A DNA stretch of 64,000 bases, from NCBI GenBank assembly GCA_965202585.1, contig OZ241827.1, forward strand, positions 58,218,001-58,282,000, read 5' to 3'. The stretch is from Thalia democratica (Eukaryota). The translations under genes and the position numbers were made by a program. This document shows, piece after piece, positions 54,701 through 63,965 of the stretch. Each line of letters opens with the position of its first letter. The stretch's first letter is position 1. The notes beneath the pieces are model-generated. The model worked only from the letters and a program-made list of their open reading frames with translations, had not been told where the DNA came from and did no database searches.

Positions 54701-57700
54701 TTTAAATTTTACATGTATAAATCTCGATCTTGGTTGTTATTTCTAGGATAGTGATCATATGAAATTTAGATTAAGAATTTTGTTTAAATGGAATATAATT
54801 AATAAAACTGTAGATTAGTTATATAACTAAAAAAAAGCAAACTTAGTTTGTATTGTTTTTCATTTATACTTTTTTATAACTTCATCAAAACTTATTAGCT
54901 AAACTATTAATAAAATTTTTACAAATGAAATTTTTACAAATGCTAGGTAAGGAATAGAAAAAAAAATGTCATGCATTTTATACAATGAAACGGAAGTAAC
55001 TTACACGTATCTTATTCATTCTATTGTGTTTTTAAATGCAAGGCAGAGTTAGGAAATAAACACAGTTAAAAATTGTTTTTCTTTTGTACCTTATAACCGC
55101 AAATTTTATGTATTAACTTGTATTGCAGTTTTAGATGTGCATTTCTAAAATTATCTTTTTTTATTTTAAAGATGCAGCAGAAACAGCTGGGAGCTCGACA
55201 ACGCAACTTGAACAGAAATGTCGCCAGAAGTTAAAATAAAAAAATAACGTTTTAGTAAACGTTAGCATTTCAAGTAACATTTTTAACAGTTCTAACTATA
55301 AAACACTTGTTCATAGTACAACAAGCAACTAACAACTCGTCCACCCCTTTATACAGGTTGCAGTCGCCCGAGGTGAGGTAGACCCTGTTCAGCGTCTCCT
55401 CGTTGCCGTTGGTGGCGGTGGCGTTGCTGCTCGCTATGATGTCGGTGAAGATCTTCCCGTTGATCCGCAGCACGGACTCGGGGAGCATCGAGTGGGATGA
55501 CAGGGACCTGACGTACGGCGACTTGTCGTCTTTCACCTTTTAAATTTCACAATAATGTTTATCGAACTAGTTTTACTACTTGCATGCCAATCAACTAACT
55601 GCATGTCTGACCGTTATTGAACTCTGCGAACGGCAGTTAAACAGTATTAAATCGTTCACTTATATTCTCTATCAGGGGCATTAGCTAATCAGGGAACGAA
55701 AAAGTAAATGGGCAATTAACTACTAAAAAGGCGACATCTAACAAAGGGGGCGACTGTTTTAAAACTTTTGTCATGTGGACAATAATTGAAATGAGCTTGG
55801 TGAACCGTGCTTTAAACAAACATTTTTTTTACAAAATCATACTTAATATTTCTACGCTGCTTTCAGCTAACCAGCTTTTTGTTCAATCGTATTTCTACGC
55901 GGCTTTCAAACAATATACGCGCTGAAACTGACTTGGAACTTGCAGGTGTGGTGGTTCCACCTGCCCCTGCAAAGCTGCCTGTTCTCCAGCCGGTACCCGT
56001 CCACTTCCATCTGTATGTAGTAGGTGTCCTGCCTCATGTTGGGCCTGTATAAGGTTTTTGTGAGCTTTATTCCCAAAGGTGATTGAAAGTTAATAAAAAA
56101 AAAGTTATAAATATTAAATATATATAATGTAAATTAGGTTTTTGTAAGTTGTGTTTAAAAGGCTGATTTAAATTGATACATTTATAAACTTAAAATATTT
56201 AAGGACAGTTTAATGTAAACTAGGTTTTTAAAGTTGTGCGACCTTTAAAAGTTAAAATAAAAACATATAATAAGTAAATAAGTGTTTATAAAATAAGTCT
56301 GTTTAATACATATATTAACGTATTTTGAATTGCACTAAAATGCTAAAAAAGTTTTTTTTTTTTAATTTTTAATGTAATTTTATCTATAGCAACTAATTTT
56401 ATCATTTCAACGTAAAAGCTGTCAAGTAAGGAAACATAGAAAAACAGTCATGCAGCTAATACAATGGAACGGAAGTAACTTGCACGTATGTTGTTCTTTC
56501 TATCGTTTTTTAAATGCAACACAGATCTAGTGATACTTATAGTTTAAAACTAGCACAATTTTGTAATTTATTACAAATGCTAAGTAAGGAAACATAGAAA
56601 AATAGTCATGCAGTTAAACAATGGAACGGAAGTAACTTGCACGTACCTTATTTATTCTATTGTTTTTTAAATGCAAGACACAACCTAAAACTAAAATTTC
56701 ATTAAAAAAAAAATATTTTAATTTTTATTTCGTGAATGTGCATTTTATAAGATTTAAAATCGTATTTTGAAGATGCAGCTCATACAGCAAGCAGTTCAAT
56801 CAGAAACTCGATGAAAAAGTTTGAGTAAAAAATAAAGCAATATTTTAATTTTCCGTATAACAAACATTTATATTAAGTTCAATTAGTTTAATAAGAGAGC
56901 AATGTTAACCTTCTTTAGCTTATCACACGGTCTGGCAAACTGTGGCATGGAAATCATAAACCTGCACCCAGCGATATAATTTTAAGCTAACTCGGATATT
57001 TTTATTAAATATTACAGTGTTTTTAGTTCTGTATTGTACTTTAAATTAAGAAAAATAGTACTATTCTTATAAATCGATAACGCTTGTTAAGTGTTTTATG
57101 TAGTGCTCTTTAATTTAGATCTAAATAGCAACGTACTTTAGGTTGTAGTCGCATGATTTGTTTTTTGAATCAAAATATCATTTATAAAGTGTTAGGCATT
57201 GAGTTGTTAGATTTTAAAATTAAGAAGAGTAAAAAAACTTACTTTTGTTTTGCAAGTAGGCCAGTTAATTTTAAGCTTATTTTTTAACTGTTTGTCATTT
57301 AGTAATTTATAGTTGCTGTAACATATTAATAAACCCATTTTATCATTGTGTTTTGATACTATCGCTAACAAGTTTAGACAAGTTGTTTTTGAATGAAGTT
57401 CACTCAATCAAAACGTCCAGCTGCACTAAACAACTGCTAACAACGTGAAATTATTATATATATATATAATACTAATAAGTTAAAATTCATATTATGTTGA
57501 AACTAACACGGTGTAGCAGACTGCCTGCTGTTCGTCGCTCGCCTCCTGGTGGAACTCGCAGGGATACTCCCTCAACGCCGACACCAGGAACATCTTCGTG
57601 CGGGGAGCGTTCGATCCCCAATCCAGCTCCGCGTCGAAATCTGGAATGATGAGTTCTTTTATTTTATACAATCAGTTTGTTTTTATTAGTCCCACAAAAA

Positions 57701-60543
57701 AATCTTTTTTTTTTCTGAACGTGATAATTAATCTATGATGTAAACATCGAAATCTGAGTGAAAAATGCTTATCTATCGAGTTTTTTGCTCGCCATTCATG
57801 TTTGTTAATAATAGTTTTGTGCGATAGAATTATTAGTACAAAATTTTGGTAAAAAATTCTTTGTAAGTTAAAGTGCTACAAAAATCAACAAACAGTTTCA
57901 AAACAGCTAGATATAGTTTAATATTTGTGAGAACAAACTTTCTTGTCAAAAAACCGTTAGTTAGCATCTAGAAAATCATTTCTAAGTTAAGAAGTTAAAA
58001 AATTAACCATGAACCTTCTCGACAAACGCTTACTGAACCAGCTAGTAGATGTAAAACCTCAAAGCATACAATAGCTTCTAATGTAAAAATTGTTAGTTGT
58101 ATAGACACTTGTAACTCTCAAAATAAAATACAACAATGTTTTATCTACTCAAAAAAGATTGTACATTGTTAGTTAATAAGACTTTAAAGTCTTACCTTTT
58201 TTTTCGATTTGAACATGTTAGCCTTTTGTTTTTGTTTGCTGTAACTAAACACCTTGTTATGTTTAAACTAAGTACCATGTTGATAAAGAGATAACTTTTT
58301 AAGTTCTGACTAAAAATATAAAAAAAAAAAACAGTTTGATTAGTTGCTTTTCTTACCTACATTTCACAATTTTAAAGTCTGTAATTACAAATCGTAAATT
58401 GTAAAAAACCACCAATAGAGTTTGTTTACTAAAAACTTTTAAATCCAATTCAAAAAATAACTTTTACGTTTAAATATTTTTTTTTAGGTATTTAACTTTT
58501 TATTTTGTGTTATAGCACAGGCAGCACTTCACAGCAATTTTTTAAAGAAACACGTCCATAAAAGCTCTAGCACAGTTTTTATTTGAATAAACACGAAGTT
58601 TTTTATAAAAAAACAGCATACACAAGTTTATCTGCATTTAAACATATAAATAAGCTATCAAAAATTAAGTGTTATCTTAATATCAAACATAAATATTTAT
58701 TAATATTAATAAAAAACAAACTGTTTCCGAAAGCGATTATTTTGACTCCTCCGCCATTACCGCCCTCGTGCGGCTCGATGTTGTTTATTTTGATATCTGT
58801 GAAAAAATATTAAAAATTAGTTTTATTTTGTTATCTGAGAAAAAAACATTAAAAATTAGTTGAATTTTGATATCTGTGAACAAAATATTAAAAATTAGTT
58901 TTATTTTGTTATCTGTAAAAAAAGTATTAAAAATTAGTTGTATTTTGTTATCTGTGAAAAAAATATTAAAAAATTAGTTGTATTTTGTTATCTGTGTAAA
59001 AAGTATTAAAAATTAGTTTCATTTTGTTATCTGTGAAAAAAACATTAGAAATTAGTTTTATTTTGTTGTCTGTGAAAAAATATTAAAAATATATGTTTTA
59101 TTTTCAAATCTGTAAAAAATATTTAGTTTATGTTCTATTTTGTTACCTGTGAAAAAAATTTAAGGTATTGTGTTAGCTGAATAGACAAATAACCATATGT
59201 ATATGATAAAAAAAGTCTGAATATTGTTTTCTCCAACAAAAAATATATAACTTTTGTAAAAACGATAGTATATTAAGTACGTAAATATAGTGTTTTGAAA
59301 AGATTTTCATTTTTTGTTAGTTCAAAACATAGTTGTAAATACATAAACAAACACTAATTGCTTAAACTTACAATTATTTTCCCAATCTAGGCAACACATT
59401 TAAAGTTTGAAAAGTTACTTTTTTTTAATTATACTGTATAAAATTGTAAATAAATTTTCTCAACAATCATTTTAGCTTTATTGAATAGGACTATTGTTAA
59501 TTACATTTGAAAAGGTAACAGTTATTTATAAACCGTCATTTCATTAATAGTTTTAAAATTAAAGCATGAATGGTATTCTTTTTCTGATTTCAATTACCAA
59601 ATAAACATGAAGCAGTATTTTAAAAAGTTAAAGACAATTGAACTTTTTGTTAATTTTGCTGAAACTTTAATTCTAGCATCTTTTTATACCAAGATTTTAT
59701 CATGCTTCACAGTATTTTTGTTAAGCGGATATTATTTTGATTTTACTACAAATGAGTAAAAAATTATGCTTGTACACTTGGTACTTTTAGTTATAAACCT
59801 AATTGAAGTTCATAAATTGTTTACTAAACCTATTGCTTAAACGAACTATGTTTACAACTTACGAATTTATTAATCAAATCATAAACAGATAGATTTTGTA
59901 ATAAGTCTTCTAGATAACAGTTTTTATTTGTATTATACTTTAAAATTGAGTAACTCGAAAAGCTCTAAGTTATAAATAAGATAACTTAAAAAAAGAAAAA
60001 TGTGTAATTTTAAGTTATAAATGATCAACAACAAAACTACTTCCAACAATTAACAAAAACGTTGTTTTTATAAAGTCATATACAAGCATTTATTATGCGG
60101 TAAGAAGTTTCCGTTAAAGAATGAATTTTAAGACATTAAAAATAAACGTTAAACAAAACTTTGTTTAACTCTTTTGATTTAATCTTTACTTAAAGCACTA
60201 AAGTGATTTTATTTTGAAAACTGTATTAAACTCAATCTTTTATCATAACTCTACAAAATATTAATATAATTTTTTTATTAATGAACAAAACTTTTAATTA
60301 AAATTCAACACATAGTTAAACATACTTTTTTGTTGTTTATATAAATTTATCAAAGTCCAGACAGCAGTCAATTTTTCTTTTTTACCAAAAAAAATTTTTT
60401 TTTATTGCTTATAACAAAACAAATTAATATTTAAACATATTTCCTAAACAAAACTGACCTGAATATTTTTCTTCCGCAACAGCTTGTAGTGCACAAAAGC
60501 AAAGTGCAAGAGTTGAAATTCCTGCTGATATCCAAGCCTTCAT
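6778..60543 (-). CDS. PKHD1L1: Fibrocystin-L (PKHD1L1-like), about 4,385 aa, 88 coding exons
   Basis: Motifs I recognise from fibrocystin-L: GQAFRLGRYPIHFHLMGD, GGAFFIEDGIE, STSLLNDDVTPAAYWVTNPNN, GGTHFGFWYRM, KINPSDCVDMECDA, GLGDYRIPKTML, NGPQDHGWCAGYTCQKRLS. Signal peptide MKAWISAGISTLALCFCALQAVA. Exons in transcript order: 60459-60543, 58722-58796, 57508-57640, 55933-56044, 55334-55536, 54260-54444, 53696-53796, 53379-53553, 52970-53151, 52679-52838, 52245-52433, 51893-52048, 47890-48139, 47650-47785, 47106-47286, 46554-46670, 46204-46338, 45815-45888, 45011-45201, 44153-44330, 43332-43506, 42984-43148, 42586-42699, 42023-42277, 41664-41847, 41312-41538, 40867-41049, 40423-40580, 39870-39963, 39533-39679, 38963-39114, 38614-38756, 38140-38261, 37548-37700, 37257-37370, 36499-36723, 36095-36270, 35854-35938, 35408-35563, 35002-35167, 34549-34669, 34201-34338, 33397-33537, 32952-33143, 32259-32376, 31972-32061, 31774-31901, 30800-30942, 30355-30452, 30011-30169, 29433-29664, 28593-28851, 28138-28276, 27706-27854, 27260-27449, 26965-27118, 26564-26770, 26192-26345, 26088-26105, 25765-25947, 25264-25372, 24669-24852, 24108-24274, 23599-23682, 23131-23364, 22854-22957, 22624-22753, 22241-22410, 21768-21943, 17750-17901, 17298-17463, 16878-16989, 16510-16636, 16040-16213, 15227-15404, 14782-14867, 14316-14487, 13889-13957, 10403-10538, 9892-9997, 9465-9592, 9146-9256, 8799-8861, 8386-8580, 7798-8016, 7479-7534, 7141-7301, 6778-6941. 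All junctions are GT-AG, phases agree, the total is 13,158 nt and there is no internal stop. Confidence 0.95.
7798..9592 (-). other. PKHD1L1: Two tandem C-terminal Ig-like modules of fibrocystin-L
   Basis: Copy 1: SRVSIFDNEDSEITRLGGTWKAEMSL...LVGPTTVIFENGYADFKQLAISHPGNHTLKF. Copy 2: TLELLLVDAEGQELANMGYKGNGWSVKVEF...ILDGDSYNFTMATTVTTGMRVADTKEGFRYNFKV. The strand pattern is shared (alignment by eye). Confidence 0.55.
10763..13140. mobile_element. Non-autonomous hAT-type DNA transposon, 2,378 bp, intronic
   Basis: TIRs CAGGGGCGTCGCGTGG / CCACGCGACGCCACTG (1 mismatch in 16). Perfect 8-bp TSD GTAAGTAC at 10755-10762 and 13141-13148. Repeated subterminal (A)CTGCCGCAA motifs. No recognisable transposase. 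Confidence 0.92.
13163..13868. mobile_element. hAT-type MITE, 706 bp, intronic
   Basis: TIRs CAGGGACGTGGCTTG / CTAGCTACGTCCCTG (2 mismatches in 15). Perfect 8-bp TSD ATGTGTAT at 13155-13162 and 13869-13876. Confidence 0.9.
15477..15821. mobile_element. Older hAT/Charlie-like MITE, 345 bp
   Basis: TIRs CTGCGGTTCTTAACC / GGTTAAGAATCACTG (3 mismatches in 15). TSD-like CTTTACAC / CTTTAGAC (1 mismatch). Subterminal TTTACCCC / GGGGTAAA motifs. Confidence 0.75.
18164..21452 (+). mobile_element. hAT (Buster/Charlie-type) non-autonomous element, copy 1, 3,289 bp
   Basis: TIR CAGGGTTTCCCAAA / TTTGGGAAACCCTG. Perfect 8-bp TSD ATTTACTC at 18156-18163 and 21453-21460. Multiple GGGGCGA subterminal repeats. 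Colinear with 48278-51651. Confidence 0.95.
18790..19146 (+). pseudogene. Decayed hAT transposase C-terminal dimerisation region (copy 1)
   Basis: ESFWTQQKLRQKYPII*EEFRLLCIVFPSSYVVKKAFSLVINILSK...KRGDLRLYLTDLESD, a frameshift, then RKLASIHEPHPSH. This matches the FPSSYxxERGFS...RGDLRL...HPSH pattern of Buster/Charlie transposases. Confidence 0.8.
24669..26345 (-). other. PKHD1L1: Second G8 domain region of fibrocystin-L
   Basis: NWSN...LVDVATVELTHLVVKGVVQF...FNATTIQVIGGRLIAGHVPEDPFLKKLTINLAGER...KAIGCFGGCDFHG, followed by VEWNVGDEIVITTTSY. Confidence 0.7.
24883..24979. repeat. Nested perfect inverted repeat (hairpin / mini-MITE-like)
   Basis: 28-bp arms ttgtagaatgttactcttatacttttat (24883-24910) and its exact reverse complement (24952-24979). 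An alternative inner 18-bp stem pairs 24901-24918 with 24923-24940 around a 4-nt loop. Confidence 0.9.
32952..34338 (-). other. PKHD1L1: First G8 domain of fibrocystin-L
   Basis: DTWSSTFTWGGTPVPTTKDFVVIPKGKTVLLDTHTEVLVMLLIDGGKLIFDD...LHAENILITNGGVLQVGTEDEPY...IVLYGQLRSPELPIYGAKTLGVRDGVLDLHG. Confidence 0.9.
40423..41049 (-). other. PKHD1L1: Cupredoxin/plastocyanin-like insert among the IPT repeats
   Basis: YGLGFAWNPQVTRAQVGDEIEFAW...GSFKYRVTEPGTIYYKS, corresponding to the segment I recall at this position in vertebrate fibrocystin-L. Confidence 0.65.
48278..51651 (+). mobile_element. hAT (Buster/Charlie-type) non-autonomous element, copy 2, 3,374 bp
   Basis: TIR CACGGTTTCCCAA / TTTGGGAAACCCTG. 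Perfect 8-bp TSD AATTAGAC at 48270-48277 and 51652-51659. Same internal layout and transposase remnant (about 48940-49295) as copy 1, with many substitutions and indels. Confidence 0.95.
52679..53553 (-). other. PKHD1L1: IPT-to-PA14 region of fibrocystin-L
   Basis: GGRGVLVEI...RASGFFRPTTTSKYRFYFSS...MDLTANIGYYFV, typical of the PA14 pattern (GFFxPxxxxxYxF; LxxxxxYY). Confidence 0.65.
54153..54290. repeat. Three 49-bp tandem copies spanning the exon 6 donor junction
   Basis: Unit tcaattaacc(g/c/a)gc...gaacgtgt(a/g)t(a/t)tcttgtta. GT donors (minus strand) at 54258-54259, 54209-54210 and 54160-54161. Confidence 0.9.
54934..56780. repeat. Dispersed ~110-bp repeat in three copies (54934-55043, 56424-56522, 56571-56680), each with AACGGAAGTAACTT
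   Basis: Shared gtaagga...gtcatgca...caatg(g/a)aacggaagtaactt(g/a)cacgta...tttaaatgcaa. Copies 1 and 3 also share a downstream tgtgcattt...aagatgcagc block. Confidence 0.85.
55672..55810. mobile_element. Degenerate right-end remnant of a hAT element
   Basis: gggggcgact...aaatgagcttggtgaaccgtg resembles the gggggcgatt...aaatgagtttgggaaaccctg end of the 3.3-kb family. No matching left end or TSD. Confidence 0.4.
58790..59157. repeat. Minisatellite, about 10 units of 37-40 bp, built from the exon 2 splice acceptor
   Basis: Consensus aaaattagttttattttgttatctgtgaaaaaaatatta. Minus-strand AG (ct on plus) at 58797, 58835, 58874, 58913, 58952, 58992, 59031, 59070, 59110 and 59147. Confidence 0.92.
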
Positions 60544-61268
60544 TTTATTTCATTTATACTTTTTCGAACGCAAAATAGTTTTTATTTGATATCTATAAAG
60601 AACTTGTTCGTCGCTAAACACACAACTAGTTTACAAGCCAAAGTAGCAAAACTTGTAGACAGTTTGAAATGATTATGTTACTTCAGCAATCAAAGCTTGA
60701 AAGATTATAAACAACAGCAAGTTTTATGCATTGAGCTTGTGTTGAGTTTATACCAGGAAATACGGATGTATAATTCACTTTTCCGGTGCTGTTGTTGTGT
60801 TTTAAACGTTAAATGTAAATTTTGCAGAGATAATTTCAACAGCTTGTATTATTTGTAAAAGTTTTTTAGAGTTGTTAGTAACAGCGTTTTGTCTATGATA
60901 GACGTATAAAACATTTTAGGCATAGTGGTTTTAGTTTTTTCAGTGGTTTAAGTTTATTTTAATTAAAAAATATAAAACGTAGTTTGGAGTTTTATGTTTT
61001 GTTTATTAATGTATGGTAACTAGATTTTTTGTTTTAGCAAAACAAAACTTTTTGATGTTTTTAAGTTATGCAAGTTATTTAAACAACAGTTAATAAAGTT
61101 TTTAATATCATAATCTACTTAAGACTGTAGTTAATTTAAACTGTATCTAAATGGCTTTAGCTAACCAAAAGCATTAATTTTATAATACAAAGTTAAAAAA
61201 ATGAGTATGATAAAATATCTTAAACAAATAAATTAATGCAGAATATTTTACAAAATAGATAAGAATTG
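60544..61268. promoter_or_regulatory. Candidate bidirectional promoter between fibrocystin-L and the ZP gene, with an ETS-like motif cluster
   Basis: Divergent ATGs at 60543 (-) and 61269 (+). CAGGAAAT 60754-60761, CGGATGT 60763-60769 and TTCCGG 60781-60786 lie within 35 bp in otherwise AT-rich DNA. Confidence 0.5.
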
Positions 61269-63965
61269 ATGTGCAAGTATTTAGTGGTCATATGTGTGCT
61301 TCTGACTACACTTTCTACTTGTAGTGGTGAGTAAATGATAATAACTATGTATTTTGGTTTATATTTTAACTTACTAATACAAAAAAAAAATTAGCTCTAT
61401 TTTACTTTTTTTACTTATAAATACTGAAATCTTCTGATATAATAATTATAAGTTAAAAATTTTTAAAAGGTCAAAATATCACTGCAATTTGTGGAAACAA
61501 CATCACTATAAGGTATACAATTTTTCCACAATAAGAAAAAACACAATATTATATTAAATATTTGTAAAAATGTTTTATATAAAAACACGTATGTGCATAA
61601 AAATTCCTATAAACGTAAAGTTGATTTTAAAAGTATGAAAAAGTATCAAAAAAATACCAATATAATCTTGTTTTTGTTTTGTTCATCTACAAGTAGTTGC
61701 TAAAGCATATAAAAACGCAGTGTCATTGGTGATAGCGATTTCCCTGTAGAAAGCTCCGATGTGAGAGCGAACGCATCGGGTCTTGTACTGGGGTATACAG
61801 AGTATTGCGACGACAACGGAGTGGCACCTGATTCAAAATGCACGTTTGCTAGAACTTCGCCGGACACTTTCGAAATTGAAATTGACGACTTCAACTCTTG
61901 CGGTATTTCAACAGTGTACAAAAGTTATGCAAATTACGTTAGTTTGAATTTAGCTTAACCATTATTACTATGATACTTAAAAAAGTTTAGTAAATTTTCA
62001 TATTCTTCTAACTTTGAAAGTAGTATTTTTTCAAACTTTATACTAATTGAAACTTTCAGACCGAAGTGACTGTGCTGGTTTCGAGAATTCCGTACTTGGA
62101 ATCGAGCTCGATCAGAAGGTCAGAGTGTGGGAGGGTCGCAGTGATATGCCGATATGCAAAGACACTGCTGAACGTTACTTACGACAAATCAATTTGTTTA
62201 GCTACACAGTAAGGATTTAAGTAGTTGAATTTTTTTATTTAAAGCTAAAAAGAAATGTCACTTTTAAATACCTACTTATTACTTGACTTAAAAACAGTTT
62301 GAGACCTGTGTAAACACAGTATTTCTGGTTTAAAAAAACTTATCACATCAAAAAACTAAAATTTGGCCAAATTTTTTTTACAAAATTTTTTCTAGTGTTG
62401 TTTTTTGTATAAATAACTCCCACTTAAAGTAAAAAAAAAAAAATTATACACATAAGAATGTTTATGTAAAAATTTATAACTAATTTAAAGTTGAAAAAAA
62501 AGTTCTATTTTTTTTACGTGTAATCATGATATCTTTTAAGGTGATTTTAGATATATAATAAAACAAGTTTTTTTTTTTAATTAACAAAATTTATTTTAAC
62601 CTGACTATGTCAGAGATTTTAATATTTTTAACATGAAACTTCTCTTTACAATATTCAATTTAAAAATTAGTTTTATTTAAGTTTATCTGCTGGGTGTAAT
62701 TTTTTTTAAATAAACAGATGCTTTCTGCACAGTTCTAAGTGCCAATATCTTACTTTTTATTTTAACAGTGACCTCATAGGAGCAAACGTAACATCAAGCG
62801 CAAATATAAGTGACATTGGCCTGTACTTAATTGAGGGTCCAGGAACTGGTTCTGCTGCAGGTACCGACGTATCCGCCGGTAAAGTTTACAGTCTGACAGA
62901 TACAGTTTACGTTGAGGCGAGAATAGCAAATCATACGGACAAATTCGTGTCAACGGTTAGTGCACATAAGACTTGAATTTTTTCGTCAATGTTTAATTTC
63001 AATTATTTCTAGTTGTACAACTGCTTCGCATCTGAAACAGACAATTACGACGATAACTACGAGCTGATTGGAAGTAACGGGTAAGAAATGCTTTTGAGAC
63101 AAGTCGCGTTAATCCTATTAAACTTTACTTCAATAAGCTTTGATGTAGTTTTGTTGCGAGTATTAAAACGCTTATTTTTAGGTTCTGTACCAACTTTTCT
63201 TTTTAATTTTGCACTGTTTTCTTTGTTCTGTAAACAAAACTTTCCGCACCAGCTGCGGCAACGTCGCGGACGGCACGGTGCAAGTCGACAACGGCACGAC
63301 CCCGACCACCCCCAGGTACTTCCCCTACTTCAGCTTCGAGGCTTTCGTGTGGACGAGTTTTGAAACGGAAATTTACGTCCATTGCGAGGTCGACGTGTGC
63401 TTGGAGGGCGACAGCGCCTGCGTGGCTGACATGACAGTGAGTTACTAACTTGTGGTAAACTTTCTTATAAAGTAGTAGCATTTGTTTGTTAAACGATAAA
63501 ACAAAAACTCATTGATTTCAGGCTCTACAAATACACCATTTAAACTGTCAGAATACATTACGATTGCTTTAACTTGCAGCATTTTACCAAGCAACAAAGT
63601 TTTAAAAAAATTCCGCGATAATTAAATAACAAGACTTATAGATTTCAAAACGAACTTAACTTAATATTTACCGCGCAATGTTGCTTTTATGTTCAGAATA
63701 CACTTATTATTTATAATACAATTCGAACCGTTAGCTGTTGTAACCTATTTTATACAGTTATGATAAAAACTTAAACTACAATAAGTATAAATTAAATTTT
63801 ATAAGTTTTTTTCTTAACTTACAGACATGTCCTACTCTGATGAGTCGCTACCGAAGGGAAGCTAGCAGTTTAAAAACAATGTCACTAAGGTCGGGACCAA
63901 TCAGAGTAAGGAGGGCCAATGCTGTGAAAAATACACTTATCGGTGAAATGTCTATCAATATATAA
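61269..63965 (+). CDS. Stand-alone zona pellucida (ZP) module protein
   Basis: Exons 61269-61326, 61470-61512, 61721-61937, 62060-62208, 62769-62955, 63013-63080, 63253-63436, 63825-63965 (or a donor at 63943 leading out of the window); all GT-AG and in phase. Signal peptide MCKYLVVICVLLTTLSTCS; ZP-N ITAICGNNITISV...FNSCG...VICRYAK; ZP-C VYSLTDTVYVEARI...LYNCFAS...YELIGSNGC...FSFEAFVW...EIYVHCEVDVC; furin site RYRR; EHP-like LRSGPIRV. Confidence 0.9.

Noticed and set aside
56925-56985. CACGGTCTGGCAAACTGTGGC as the left end of another hAT element
   Set aside because: No matching right TIR or TSD in the correct orientation; at most an unresolvable fragment.
58790-59157. Regularly spaced ~39-bp repeats as a CRISPR array
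   Set aside because: Units are contiguous with no unique spacers, there are no cas genes, and the context is a eukaryotic intron.
6778-60543. Non-canonical or U12-type introns
   Set aside because: All 87 inferred introns are GT-AG and none has the GTATCCTT/ATATCCTT U12 donor.
61694-61749. Apparent frameshift in the ZP gene (upstream AG giving VVAKAYKNAVSLVIAISL*)
   Set aside because: A 43-nt exon at 61470-61512 supplies the needed phase for the acceptor at 61719-61720 and gives an intact ORF.
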